Of a DNA stretch of 64,000 nt, positions 26,801-38,246 are shown piece by piece. The notes beneath the pieces were generated by a model. The model did not search any database. It was not told the origin of the DNA and worked only from the letters and a program-made list of their open reading frames with translations. Positions within the stretch are counted from its first letter, which is position 1. Every line of letters starts with the position of its first letter. The DNA comes from Gordius albopunctatus. Taxonomy: Eukaryota. The DNA is taken from positions 20,212,001 through 20,276,000 of the forward strand of contig OZ193909.1 of assembly GCA_964276515.1 (NCBI GenBank), written 5' to 3'. The position numbers and the translations under genes were made by a program.

Positions 26801-27800
26801 CTCGGTCTACTATTATCGAACAACGATATCCGAGGCCTAAGGTTATGACAAAATAGTTGCTAAAAAAATTTCTTAACTTTGCAATAATTCCCTAAAATCG
26901 AATGGCCATCATGGTCTACACTGTAATAGCAAGAAAGCCCGATATCTTTGACATACCGCGGTTAACAAACTTATAATATCCCCTCTATTCTTGAACTCAC
27001 AGGCCTCTGTGAAGATAGCAAACAAACCGTTGGCCAATCTATAGGCGCTTGGGAAAAAGGACTCATTTTAGCATGGGACTATAGATGTACTGACGTATTC
27101 GCCCCATCTTATCACAACAAATATCCCCCGTCTACTGGAAATTTTCAATTACTCTGAAATTAACAATACTATAATTTTTGGTCCCATTGCGACAACCAAC
27201 CTAACAACCTTTGGCCTCCAACCAAGCCTTACAAATTAAGAAAATAGGGAAAGTTTAATATAAAAAAACTTCGTAAAAATAGCAAAAAATTACGAAACAC
27301 GTTTCTAAAAGCGCGCGTTATATTTATTTAAGTATATGGTGATGTATTACGGTATCTAGAATATTTATTGGTTAAAGATTTATATATTGTAAAAAAAACG
27401 GGCGTAGTTGAGTAAACAAACAACGCAGTATAAATAATCCGCTAGATGGCGCCAACCAAATTAAAAAACATGGTTCCCGCTGTCGTAGTGTGATAAAAAG
27501 TGTTTACAAAATATCTACAATGCTAAGGCAATAATCTGGCCTAATTTGGTAGCAGTCGGTTGAGAACTCTAAGAGTTATTAGCGTACAAAAAAACGGGAC
27601 TTAGATTTTTATATATATAGATAGCCTCACGAACCGATTTTTTAAAAGCCCGATTTTCGACGTTTGAGCGCCCACAACTCGAAAAGTAGTGGCCCAAATG
27701 AGCTAATATTTTCAGAAATTAATAATTTTACTAGTTTTAACATTTCCATCAAATTTTATAAAATTCTGATGGAGTCGGCCGAAAACGTGGCGATTTGACA
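23867..27800 (+). mobile_element. Long-TIR DNA transposon, truncated transposase (possibly Sola2-like)
   Basis: ~650-bp inverted repeats (23867-24515 vs 25777-26240 + 27622-27800). Frameshifted ORFs 24865-25788 with LRPKYCILAGASGTHNVCVCQYHQ. Superfamily assignment is tentative. Confidence 0.7.
26241..27621 (-). mobile_element. Non-autonomous Helitron inserted in the right TIR
   Basis: Minus strand starts TCTATATATATAAAA and ends with a hairpin plus CTAG. It is inserted between A and T with no TSD, and removing it restores the TIR. Confidence 0.85.
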
Positions 27801-28639
27801 AGATCTTCTTTATGCATTTAAAAAGTATATGTGTGATGAGAAAAAGGGTAAGGAATAAGGAGGAGGGGGGGGCAAAGTTCTTAATTTATTTATGATATTT
27901 AATATATGATTAAAATTGTAATTTTAACAATTTTAACAAATAGCAATTCAATCTACTATCTGCTCGAGCTCCTGCTAAATGCCTCAACAGATTTGGCTGC
28001 TGCTTCGACTAACCTCTCGATCATGTTTACTTGCTACTGTTAAAACTATTGCACCGAACAGCTAGCACTCATTGTGTTAAACTAGCATATTAAACAGCTA
28101 CTGTTCGTGATCGCGTTTTTAGTTGAAGCTACTTAGCAATTTAACAACTATAGCAATGATAGATGCTAAATTAATATCAACATAAATTTTCATATTTTTG
28201 TAATAAAAAATGTGGCGGAAAACCAGAGGCTTCAAATACTTTTGTTTCAAAAATTGAATTTTTAAGGTATATTCATATATTAGATTTGAAACATCCTGTT
28301 GTTAGCCATGTATTTTTTACAAGATTTAGGTGTTGAGTTATTATTATAAAATCCTGAAACCATTTTAAGTTTAATCTAAAAATATTAATAAATTATAGCT
28401 CCCCTCTATAGGCTTTACGTTGCAAAAAAACGAAACAGTTTACTTGCAAAACCTTTCATTTCTATTATAATTTATTTTAATCAAGTATTACATGAATTTC
28501 CAAGTTTCTTTAATTACAATTTAAAAATATTAAAATTTCCACTATTTCTCCGGCCATTCAATTTTCAATTTATAACTTTTTCGAGCCAAAACCATGAAAT
28601 CTTGTGGATCAGGTGACCTTTTCTGCACCTTTCATTTTA

Positions 28640-31405
28640 TCACCATTTGATATTGAGTGACGTTGTTGAAGTATTTTGGGGTAGGGCTTGATAAGTAGTG
28701 TGAAAGGCGTTGAATTTATCAGCTGATATTGTAATCGGTTGACGCGAAATTACGGAGCGAGGATCGCAGCTGGGCAGGGAATGGTACTTTTCATCGACTG
28801 CCCGGTACAAGGCGTCACGGTCCTTAGGATCAATCGATATATCTTCCTCCCCTGACTGAGAATCGGATGTTTCTACTGACACGGGTCTCAATTGACCTCC
28901 TCCATTTAGACAACCTAGTAGTTGACATTATAATATTGTTTACCAAATCAAAATCCATCCAGAACCTATAAAGAAAAGGGAATAAAACACCGTTTTTATA
29001 ACAAATAGAGATAATTTCTCGACACCAACAAACGTTTAATTTAAGCAATTTATATATTTACAATTAATCTCATTGGGCATAAAGTGAAGCGGAAATGATA
29101 ATATTTTGAATAAAATAAATCAGGAAAAAATAATGCCAAATATAGGAGGAAGTTTAGAACAATACCAATTGGTCATTAGCATGGATTGTATAAAATAAAC
29201 GAAAGACTTGTTCTGAAACAAATTTGTTGTAATCGTTTTAGGACAAACGATCTAAACGAAATAAAAACGAAATTAAAAAAAACTATTTATCTATATATCC
29301 TAAATAAAAATTATGGTATTAGCCGTATCGTGGATAGGTGTTATAAATTAAAGTACCACTAGGACATGCCATTATTTCCACGTAGTGGTACGGGCACTTG
29401 TGTTTCTTCATCCTTTGGACGACGTTTTGGATATTTTTGAAGCCGTAGGCTTGGGCAAATTTCAGCAGCTCTTTTCCCGTTCCCTTTTCGACCAAGGTGA
29501 TTTCTCGAAAGTCTTTATTCCTTCAGGAAAACGACAAACACTTAGTCGTCAGAAGAAAAAAAAATTAATTCTTATTTGCACCTAAAACACATTAAAAATT
29601 ACTTGAGTATTTTTCTCCGTATTTCGCATGGATATTCCACCCCTGGCTCGGGTTCAAATGGTAGTCCATATAATTGCTCAGCCGCATATTTTATAACGAA
29701 TTCCGCATAGCCCCCAGACCCGTCCCCTTCGTGCGTGTAACTAAATGACTCGGACAAACTATCTTGTCCCTCTATATTAGACAGAATAGTCTCGTCCCGA
29801 GCCATGGATAAAACGTCGTAACTCTCTTCAACTAACAATTGCTCTATTTCTAGCGTACTCAGGACGCAATCGACTTCCTTGTGTGTAGCGTGGTCGAATT
29901 GAGCCCGACTGGCCTCTAGCTTTTTGTCGTAGCAAGGCATTATAGTCACGTGATAAAAAGACCGAACCTCAGAGGGTACGAGGTTACTATCCCGTAGGAG
30001 AGAGCCCATAATTTGTTGCGGAGATTTAACTCGACTCATGTAAGGTATTACAAAAGGTCCCAAACTTTTTTCCGCGTAACAAACCCAACCCGGACAAACT
30101 GAAGTTATAATTGGGGAGGCGGCATTTTCTTTCGGAATTTCCTCTTTGTCTTCACATCGTTGAGATGCAAGGTATACATCTACAAACTCTTTGCCCGACT
30201 CTACCAAACTAAAATTTCTCACAAACGTGACGTCTAAGAAATGATTTACTCCTAAAATAAATAAAAACCAAACGATTTATTCCATGCTCAGTTTTTCTTA
30301 AAATTCTTTATGAAAGCACTCAATTTGTAATAACTTTACATTAACTACTCTTGTTAAATAAAAGGATATTCATATTCAATTTGAAATAAAGCTCTAAGTA
30401 AAATGATATTTTTTAGGGTTGTGGCATAAGGCATTACCAAAGCTTTGTTTGAAAAAATCTTTTAGAATAAGAGTCATATTTCTTATTGATAGGTTGTATC
30501 TAACAGCCAAAGAGGAGATGGATTGTAATGATACTGATAATACTATTGGCTTAATCTCTGTAATTCTACCCTCCTAAAAGCAAATAAAAATAATACAATA
30601 CTTAAGGTAAATTATTAAATAAATTATTAAAATATAAGCATAGTACCAAAAGGTATTGTTGATTTTTTTCATAAATTGATCGCAATTCAGATGTGCTTTG
30701 CTGGTTGATTAAAATAGTTTCAGCAGATGTCACACACCCACTACAAGCTAAACAATCATTCAAGGTGATTTGTGCCTTTACTAATTCTTTTTCTTTTCCA
30801 CCCTTAATTAGTTAAAAAAATATTTAAAACTATAGTCATTTTAATGAAATATCCTTTAGTGATTCTCTTAAGTACAACTGTATATAGGGCTGATAGATAT
30901 CAATAATTTGCATCAAATAGAAATAGGCTCCTTATAAATTCACAACCAATTTTTCAAACAAGGTTTTGATTATCATGCATAGCTTGTTTGTTTAGTGATT
31001 AATGCATTTTAACCTACATAAGTCTAATAAACTAATATAAAGACCTAGCATCTAAACATAAACTTTTTTGACAATTAAATTTTTATTTAAACTATTTTTT
31101 TATGCATTTCAAAATAAAATTTTGATGGGTTTAGTTAAAATAGAATAATTAAAATAAAGCAAAAAATTCAATACAGTGGGAATAGTTAAAATAAGATTGA
31201 AATAGGTGCATACTTTTTCTACTTGAATATATTTACCATTTCGAACCCTTATTGATTCTAAGTTTACTTCATTCTTAGGTATTGTAATAGGTTTGATGCA
31301 TTCCTAGGAATAATGTCTAGCTTAATTTATAATTTATACTTGAGATGGCTTGATATAATCGTCCAAGTCAGTTATCCTTACTATTCCTGCAAATTTTGAG
31401 GCCAT
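28640..31405 (-). CDS. NARFL: Cytosolic Fe-S cluster assembly factor NARFL/Nar1 (CIAO3)
   Basis: Seven phase-consistent exons: 31405-31340, 31303-31214, 30802-30647, 30573-30438, 30251-29603, 29520-29357, 28914-28640. Motifs [76 protein letters not shown]. Confidence 0.96.
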
Positions 31406-31964
31406 GATTTATGAACCAGCTGTTATTACAATCGCCATCATTATGTATATTCTATTTCAAGGTACTTCAAAGTCAGTTTCATAAGCGTGCCTCCAGAGAG
31501 AAATAAAATTAACGACAAAGCTTTTTTATTATAAATGTCGATATCATGTTGGATTTCACTGTGAGCTTGAGTAATTTCTAAATTTAGGAAGCCAGTTAAA
31601 ATTATGTGTTAGCAAGGTTGAGACCTCTACTCACCTTGTTGAATCTGCGGAAGGGATGGTCAGGTAAATTTATTGTACCAGTATAATGTTCGAGAAGGAT
31701 TGAAAGGAAAAGTAATCAGTCCCAGAACGGTTTTTAGAGGGCTTAATAGATTGGTATTATTAGCGGTTCCTTTGTCAAATAAATACTGCTTCAAATTTGT
31801 CTCATTATTTAGACCATCATCTTTTTTAAATTTACTTTTTCTAATTATTAAAGAAAATAGTATAGATAATTTGCATTTTATGTTCAATTAAACCCTTCTT
31901 AAATTACAATATGGATACATTATTGTTACAAATTTATTGAGTCAATAAGTTATATAAACATAAG

Positions 31965-33468
31965 GGACTTGGTTCAGGCAGCACAGAAAAAGGAGCTAAA
32001 ACTCGTCACGATCATCACATTTCGTCACGTTCGCCACAAAAACCATATGAAAATTGATATGGTGAAAGTATATATCTTAGCTATATGTAGGTAATTATTT
32101 AATAATTTGTAATCATCAATTATATCGTATATATGTATATAAATATATATAATTGTTGTAGACTGAAAGAGTTAATAAAATGAGAACCAAAATTTTGTAC
32201 AGATGATTAAAGCTAGGTTAATGTATCTTACATTTTAAAAAGCTAATTTAATGGGATACCAAAATTTTTATAGATTATATAACCACATATTTAGCTAGGT
32301 TTATATTTTATTATATCTTTCTAAATAAATCATGTATACAATATTTATTAAAATTCAATGAACAATATGTATTATATATAAATATAGAGTAATATGTAAA
32401 TAAACATTTATTTCTCCGTACTTCATGTACGAAGATGATTTCTGTAATGATCTTGCAAATTTTTTATGCAAGTTTCCTTTTGTATTTCTATATTCGATTT
32501 AAGATTGATCATTTTCCCTTGATTTATCTTTTTGATGTTTTAGTCACTTTCTTGTTGTATTGTTTTAATGTGATCTATGAACTCATAGATGTTAGGTGGG
32601 ATTGTTTTATCATATGTTTTAATTTGTTGTGGAATCCTTCTATGTGATTATTAGTTCTTGGCAGACAATTTTCTTCATATCTTCTCCAAATTTTGTATTT
32701 AAATTGCGCATCTTCTGGTATCTCTATAAAAAATTTCTGTCTATAAAGGTACCCAAGGTACATCATAGAATCATATCCCATTTGAGACTTTACCACAGCA
32801 TTTAAATTTTTTAGAACCAATAAGTATATCAAATACAACATTTTACCATCTATGGTGTCAGTGCCTGTTATATCCATTAAGATGGGTGCAACTTCAATAT
32901 CACTACAATAATTTTTTGAGCTGGAACCTGAATGATTCATTTATAACATTTTGTAAAAATAAATACTCTGCTGCTCATTGGGGTTTTCTTGATGATGATC
33001 AACTGCTATAATATGACTACAATCATTTTTTGGGCTGGAACCTGAATGATTAATAAAATATATTGATTTACAAAGGTTACTTGTGGAAGGCAATGCTGAA
33101 CATACATCACAAGTGTGCTCTTTAGTTATATCAAAATTCTCTTGTCGAATAATCCCTTTCCCATTACATTTAGTTTTTCGGCACCTATAATATATTTGTT
33201 GGTTTTTCCCTATCTTTGATTTGGTATAGGAGTATAGGCCATAAGTCAACACCTGACCATTTCTTGCTGACTTCGTAAATTCTAAAAAATATGTACAGCC
33301 TATATAATTACACTTACTTAATTTATCTTTCGCTAGAAAATTTCTAAATTCTTGCACAAATGCCATGTTAAAATAAGCTTAAACGATAGTAAAAACAAGT
33401 AATCGATAAAATAAGAACCGAATTTTGTGCTGCTTTTTGTGACGATTGTGCTGCCTCTACCATGATCC
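31965..33468 (-). mobile_element. Internally deleted FLYWCH-MULE element
   Basis: Imperfect TIRs (ggacttggttcaggcagcaca / tgtgctgcctctaccatgatcc); FLYWCH ORF 32941-33366; MULE C-terminus PRTNNHIEGFH; degenerate 9-bp TSD aaacataag/aaacagaat. Confidence 0.75.
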
Positions 33469-33689
33469 AAACAGAATTTTAAAAATACATCCTATGGTTG
33501 TGTAGCTAGATTTTTTTCGTTGACAGGTACAAACTTTAATTTCACTCAATTGGGGAGAATTTACTGACGATTGAATTCTAGATGATTTTTTTAAAATTTT
33601 TTGATGTAAAATTAGAAAAAAAAATTGTGTTTTGCCCCCACTTAAATGCTATAAATTTTTTTCGCTCCCCCTAGTTTCATTTGCACCCC

Positions 33690-34523
33690 CCTCCTTCTTC
33701 TTTATCGTGTTGAAAATCCCACAGACGTGGGGTACGTTTTCAGCAGCCTCTTCCATCTGAGTCGTGTGAATGCCATGCCAATTTCCATCTGTTTGACATC
33801 CATATCCTTTTCGACCAGTCGTTTCCGGGTGGCACGTGGTCTGCCCCTTCCTCTTCTTCCAGGCACGTCCATCTCCAGCGTTCGGCGTGTGACATCGTCT
33901 TCGTCTCTTCGTAATACATGGCCGTACCACCGCAGTCGATTTTCTCTTCAGAAGTTCTTCGTCGCTTGTATACCCATCTTTGTCATCAAGGATTCGTTCG
34001 TCATGCGATCCAGCTTGGTGTAGCCTAAGCTCCATCGCACCATTCTCATTTCTGTGACTTGCAAGAGTTTCTCCTCCGCGGTGGTTACAGCCCATGTTTC
34101 GCTCCCGTAAAGCAAGACCGGTCGCACGATGGTTTTGTACGCCTTGCTTTTCAACCAAATTGGTATCTTTTTGTCACACATGACACCGGAGATGCTGCGC
34201 CACTTGAGCCATGCTTTCTTGATCCGAGAATGGACTTCGGCGGTACATCCTCCCTCTTGATGTAATAGCGAGCCAAGATATGTGAACTTATCAACCTCCG
34301 TGTACCTTGGACCGTCAATTTTGTGCATTTGCGGACTACCGCCCATCGTTTGCATGTAAACCGTTTTCTTCTCGCTGACCTTTAACCCGAATTCCGAGAA
34401 ACGTTCTGACCATTTTTTCGCCTGATGAAAAACCCCTTCTCTTGTTTCATCGCATAGGACAATATCGTCGGCATATAGCATAGTCCAAGGGGGTGGCTTG
34501 TGCAAGTCCTTTGTTATTGTATC
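33690..34523 (-). mobile_element. RTE-clade LINE 3' fragment
   Basis: MLYADDIVL, FTYLGS, YKTIVRPVLLYGSETW, LRWYGHVLRR. Confidence 0.85.
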
Positions 34524-35585
34524 TATAGCGTATCTCGTTTATTAAGGAACATAAAAGAAACAAGTGACGATTGTAATCATAATAACACGTTTAAATAGCC
34601 ATTCGATTTACAACCAATTAACAATCAATTAACATTGCGTTTCAATTCGAACGCTCGAGGTCATGGCAATTAGGTAGATAGTATTTGCATACATTACATT
34701 ACTCCCCCTTTTAAAGTTGCCCTCCATCGTATCGATCAGGTGGTTTGGATACCCTTTTGTGTTCTAGAATGTTTCGCTCGGACACCGCACCTTGGGCAAT
34801 CGTTTTTCTTTCCCGTAACTGATCTCCGTGTTTCCTTCTTGTATTTCCGTCTATATTAACGTCATACGTAGTCGAACTTGTTCGGGCTTCTACAAGTCCT
34901 TCCCTCCATCCCGGACTTGTGTCATTATGTACCCACACCTGCTGCTCGGGTTCAAAGAATCTTTCTTGGGTCCATCGGTTTTTATAGTACTTTCGTTTCC
35001 AGATTGATTCTTCAACCTTGTCGCGAGTCGTTCTTCTGAGCTGGTCTAGCGTCGTACGAATCCTTCGATTGAACATCGCCTCAGCCGGGCTAATACCTGT
35101 AGTCACGTTTTGACTACTACGCATGCTCATTAATACTTTTAGTAAGTTTAACGAGTCATTTACCCCGACTTTTTATTCGCATAGAACCTACTTTTAATAG
35201 TTCTAATATATCTCTCGGCTAAACCATTAGTTTTGGGGTGGTAAGGCGGTCCCGTAAATTGAACTATGCCATTGTTTTTACAAAAAAATTTTAATTCCGT
35301 AGATTTAAATTGTGGGCCATTGTCACTGACAATATATCTAGGTAACCCAAAACGTGCAAAAATTGTCCTTAAATTTTGGATAATTTTTGTTGAGTTTATC
35401 TCGCCTAGCACCATTACTTCGGGCCATTTTGTAAAAGCATCAATGCAAACTAACCAATACTTCTTATTGATGGGTCCCGCTAAGTCTATGTGAACCCGTT
35501 CCCAAGGCTTGTTAGGGATGTTCCAAGCGTATAGGGGTACCTCTTTAATGTTTGGTCGTTCTTCTTGGCAATGTTTACAGGTATT
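34524..35585 (-). mobile_element. 3' fragment plus LTR of the Gypsy family at 46490-50867
   Basis: Nearly identical to 49808-50867; LTR 34524-34698; PPT adjacent. Confidence 0.92.
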
Positions 35586-36375
35586 ATGCCAAATATCATA
35601 AAGGGGGAGAGAGGGAGCGAAGGGGAAGCTTTATGGTTATTTAAAATTCTACGGGAAACAGTTGTATTAATTTATATTTAGGTAGACAAATTTTTACTTG
35701 TCTATTTTTAAAGACTATTTTTAATATAGGAAGAAAATTTGGAGGGAAATAAGTAATAATTTTTTCACAAAATAAATTCAAAAAAAATGGAAATCCTAAA
35801 TTTTTTAAAAGTGCCCGGGGTTAGTCATAGCCCATAAATTAACTCTGACGTTTTCACTTTTTTTAGTGTAGGCTAACTCATATCAATAAAAAGATTGTTT
35901 CTTTATAAAAAAATGTAGAAAATGCAAATGTAATATGATTATTTTTTCTTTTTATCATGCCATTTGTAAAACGCAATGAAAAATGGCTAGCGATAGCCCC
36001 TCTCCGACTAGCCCCAACCCCTATTTTAATAAACAATTTATAATGTAGATAAATGAAAGACAAAACCTAATTTTATGCAAGAACACAAAAAAACAAAATA
36101 TAGTAATCTTTAAAATAAATAATTCAATGTGTAAAAATGTATATGAAAGAATATTAATGTTGAAAACCTAAACACTAGCACATGCAAATAACAATCATGA
36201 ACAAAATATCACATTTGAGGATAAATAAAAATATTACATTAGTTTTTATGGCCTCTAGTGATTATGGGTCTAACAAACATTATATTATAAAACACCACAA
36301 TGTTAAGAATTTGCAGAATTGTTGGGAGAAATTTTTTGTTGAATTTGAACAATTTTTAATTAAAAAAATCAAAAA

Positions 36376-38182
36376 TTTGGCCAATGGTCATTTCTTCTGC
36401 ATTGGTCAGTACCAACAGATACTCTATAAGTCAATGATAGCCAAAAAAACGGAAAAAAAATTTTGATGCTCACTTTGGCCAATGGTCATTTTTTCCCATT
36501 GGTCAGCAGCCAGCACACGGTAAAAGTGGATATAAATTCATAAGAGTAAAAAAAACGAAAAAAAAATTTTCGAATCACATTTTGGCCAAAGGTCATTTTT
36601 TCCATTGGTCAGCAGCCAGGACACGGTAAAAGTGGATATAAATTCATAATAGTCAAAAAAAACGAAAAAAAAGTTTTAGAATCACATTTTGGCCAATGGT
36701 TATTTTATTCCATTGGTCAGCAGCCAGCGGACGGCCAAAAAGTCATAATAGCAATGGTAGAAACAGGAACAATCATAATAGTCAAAAAAAACGGAAAAAA
36801 TAATTTCGATTCATATTTTGGCCAATGGTCATTTTTTTCCATTGGTCAGCAGCCAGGACACGGTAAAAGTGGATATAAATTCATAACAGTCAAAAAAAAA
36901 CGAAAAAAAATTTTCGAATCACATTTTGGCCAAAGGTCATTTTATTCCATTGGTCAGCAGCCAGCGGACGGCCAAAAAGTCATAATAGCAATGGTAGGAA
37001 CAGGAACAATCATAATATACAAAAAAAACGAAAAAATAAACTCGGATATACATTTTGGACAATGGTCATTTTTTTCATTGGTCAGCAGCCAGCGGACGGC
37101 CAAAAAGTCTTATTATCATTGATAGTTACAAGAACAATCATAAGAGTCAAAAAAAACTCCGGGATTCTAACCCAAAAACTAGATAAATTGCATAGCAATT
37201 ATTAAAAAGTATAGGGTAATTATCAATGTTAACCTATTCAAAAACGAACAAAAAATTTTGATTTATTTGGCCAATGGTAATTTTTTCCAATTATCAATGT
37301 TAACTTATTCAAAAAGGAAAAACGAAAAATTAGGATTTATTTGGCCAAAGTTCATTTTTTCATTGGTCAGTAGCCAGCGGACGGTCAAAAAGTCATATTA
37401 TCAATGGTATTAACAAGAACAAAATATTAAATTAATTAAAAAAATAAAAATTTTGCCCTTCCGGGATTCGAACCCACATTAAATAGAGGCATAAGCCTTT
37501 GGAGGGGAACAGGGAACCATATAAATAGAGCCATAGGCCCTTGTAGGGGAGGGCATAGGGTAATTATCAATGTTAAACTATTCAAAAACGAAAAATTAAA
37601 AATTTCGATTTATCTGGCCAGTGGTCATTTTTTCATTGGTCAGTAGCCTGCGGACGGTCAAAAATTCATATTATCAATGGTATTAACAAGAACAATATAT
37701 TAATTTAATTTAAAAAAAAATAAAAATTTTTGTCCTCTCCGGGTCTCGAACCATCAATTTAGAACGTTCGCCGGGATTCAAACCCACATTAAATAGAGGC
37801 ATAAGCCTTTGGAGGGGAACAGGGAACCATATAAATAGAGCCATAGGCCCTTGTAGGGGAGGGCATAGGGTAATTATCAATGTTAAACTATTCAAAAACG
37901 AAAAATTAAAAATTTCGATTTACTGGCCAGTGGTGATTTTTTCATTGGTCAGTAGCCTGCGGACGGTCAAAAAGTCATATTATCAATGGTATTAACAAGA
38001 AAAAAATATTAATTTAATTTAAAAAAAAAAAATTTTGTCCTCTCCGGGTCTCGAACCCGCAACCTCCAGGTCGGGAAGCTGGTGTAAATAACTTGGTGGA
38101 CGGACGGACGGACGGACGGACGGACGGACGGACGGACGGACGGACGGACAACCAAAAACGAGCCCATAAATTGCATAGCAAT
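36376..38182 (+). repeat. Complex tandem-repeat element ending in (CGGA)n and ATAAATTGCATAGCAAT; possible Helentron/DINE-like non-autonomous element
   Basis: About a dozen ~110-125-bp units with core ggccaatggtcatttttccattggtcagcagccag; duplicated ~340-bp block; (cgga)n at 38098-38148. Confidence 0.65.
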
Positions 38183-38246
38183 TAAAATAGTTTTATTATG
38201 GATTTAGTAGAGATTATAGAAGAAGAAACCAAATTTCCATTTCCAC

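Larger units (their letters stand above)
23797..27840 (+). pseudogene. BTB family exon fragment split by a transposon
   Basis: aaaag|T TGT GTA TAT.. gives CVYDPGEVFALPNISLKNAEFLI (23797-23866) and resumes as DLLYAFKKYMCD (27802-27840), homologous to CIYNPFKVLSLPASTLNDAEFLLDLLSALKKYKCID. Confidence 0.8.

Noticed and set aside
31530..31900. Possible divergent gene or ncRNA upstream of NARFL (splice-like signals, small hairpin at ~31611-31641)
   Set aside because: Spliced frames tried hit stops and gave no recognisable protein or RNA family.
38040..38100. Possible tRNA gene
   Set aside because: Only a B-box/T-arm-like piece is present; no full cloverleaf, and it is embedded in a repeat element.
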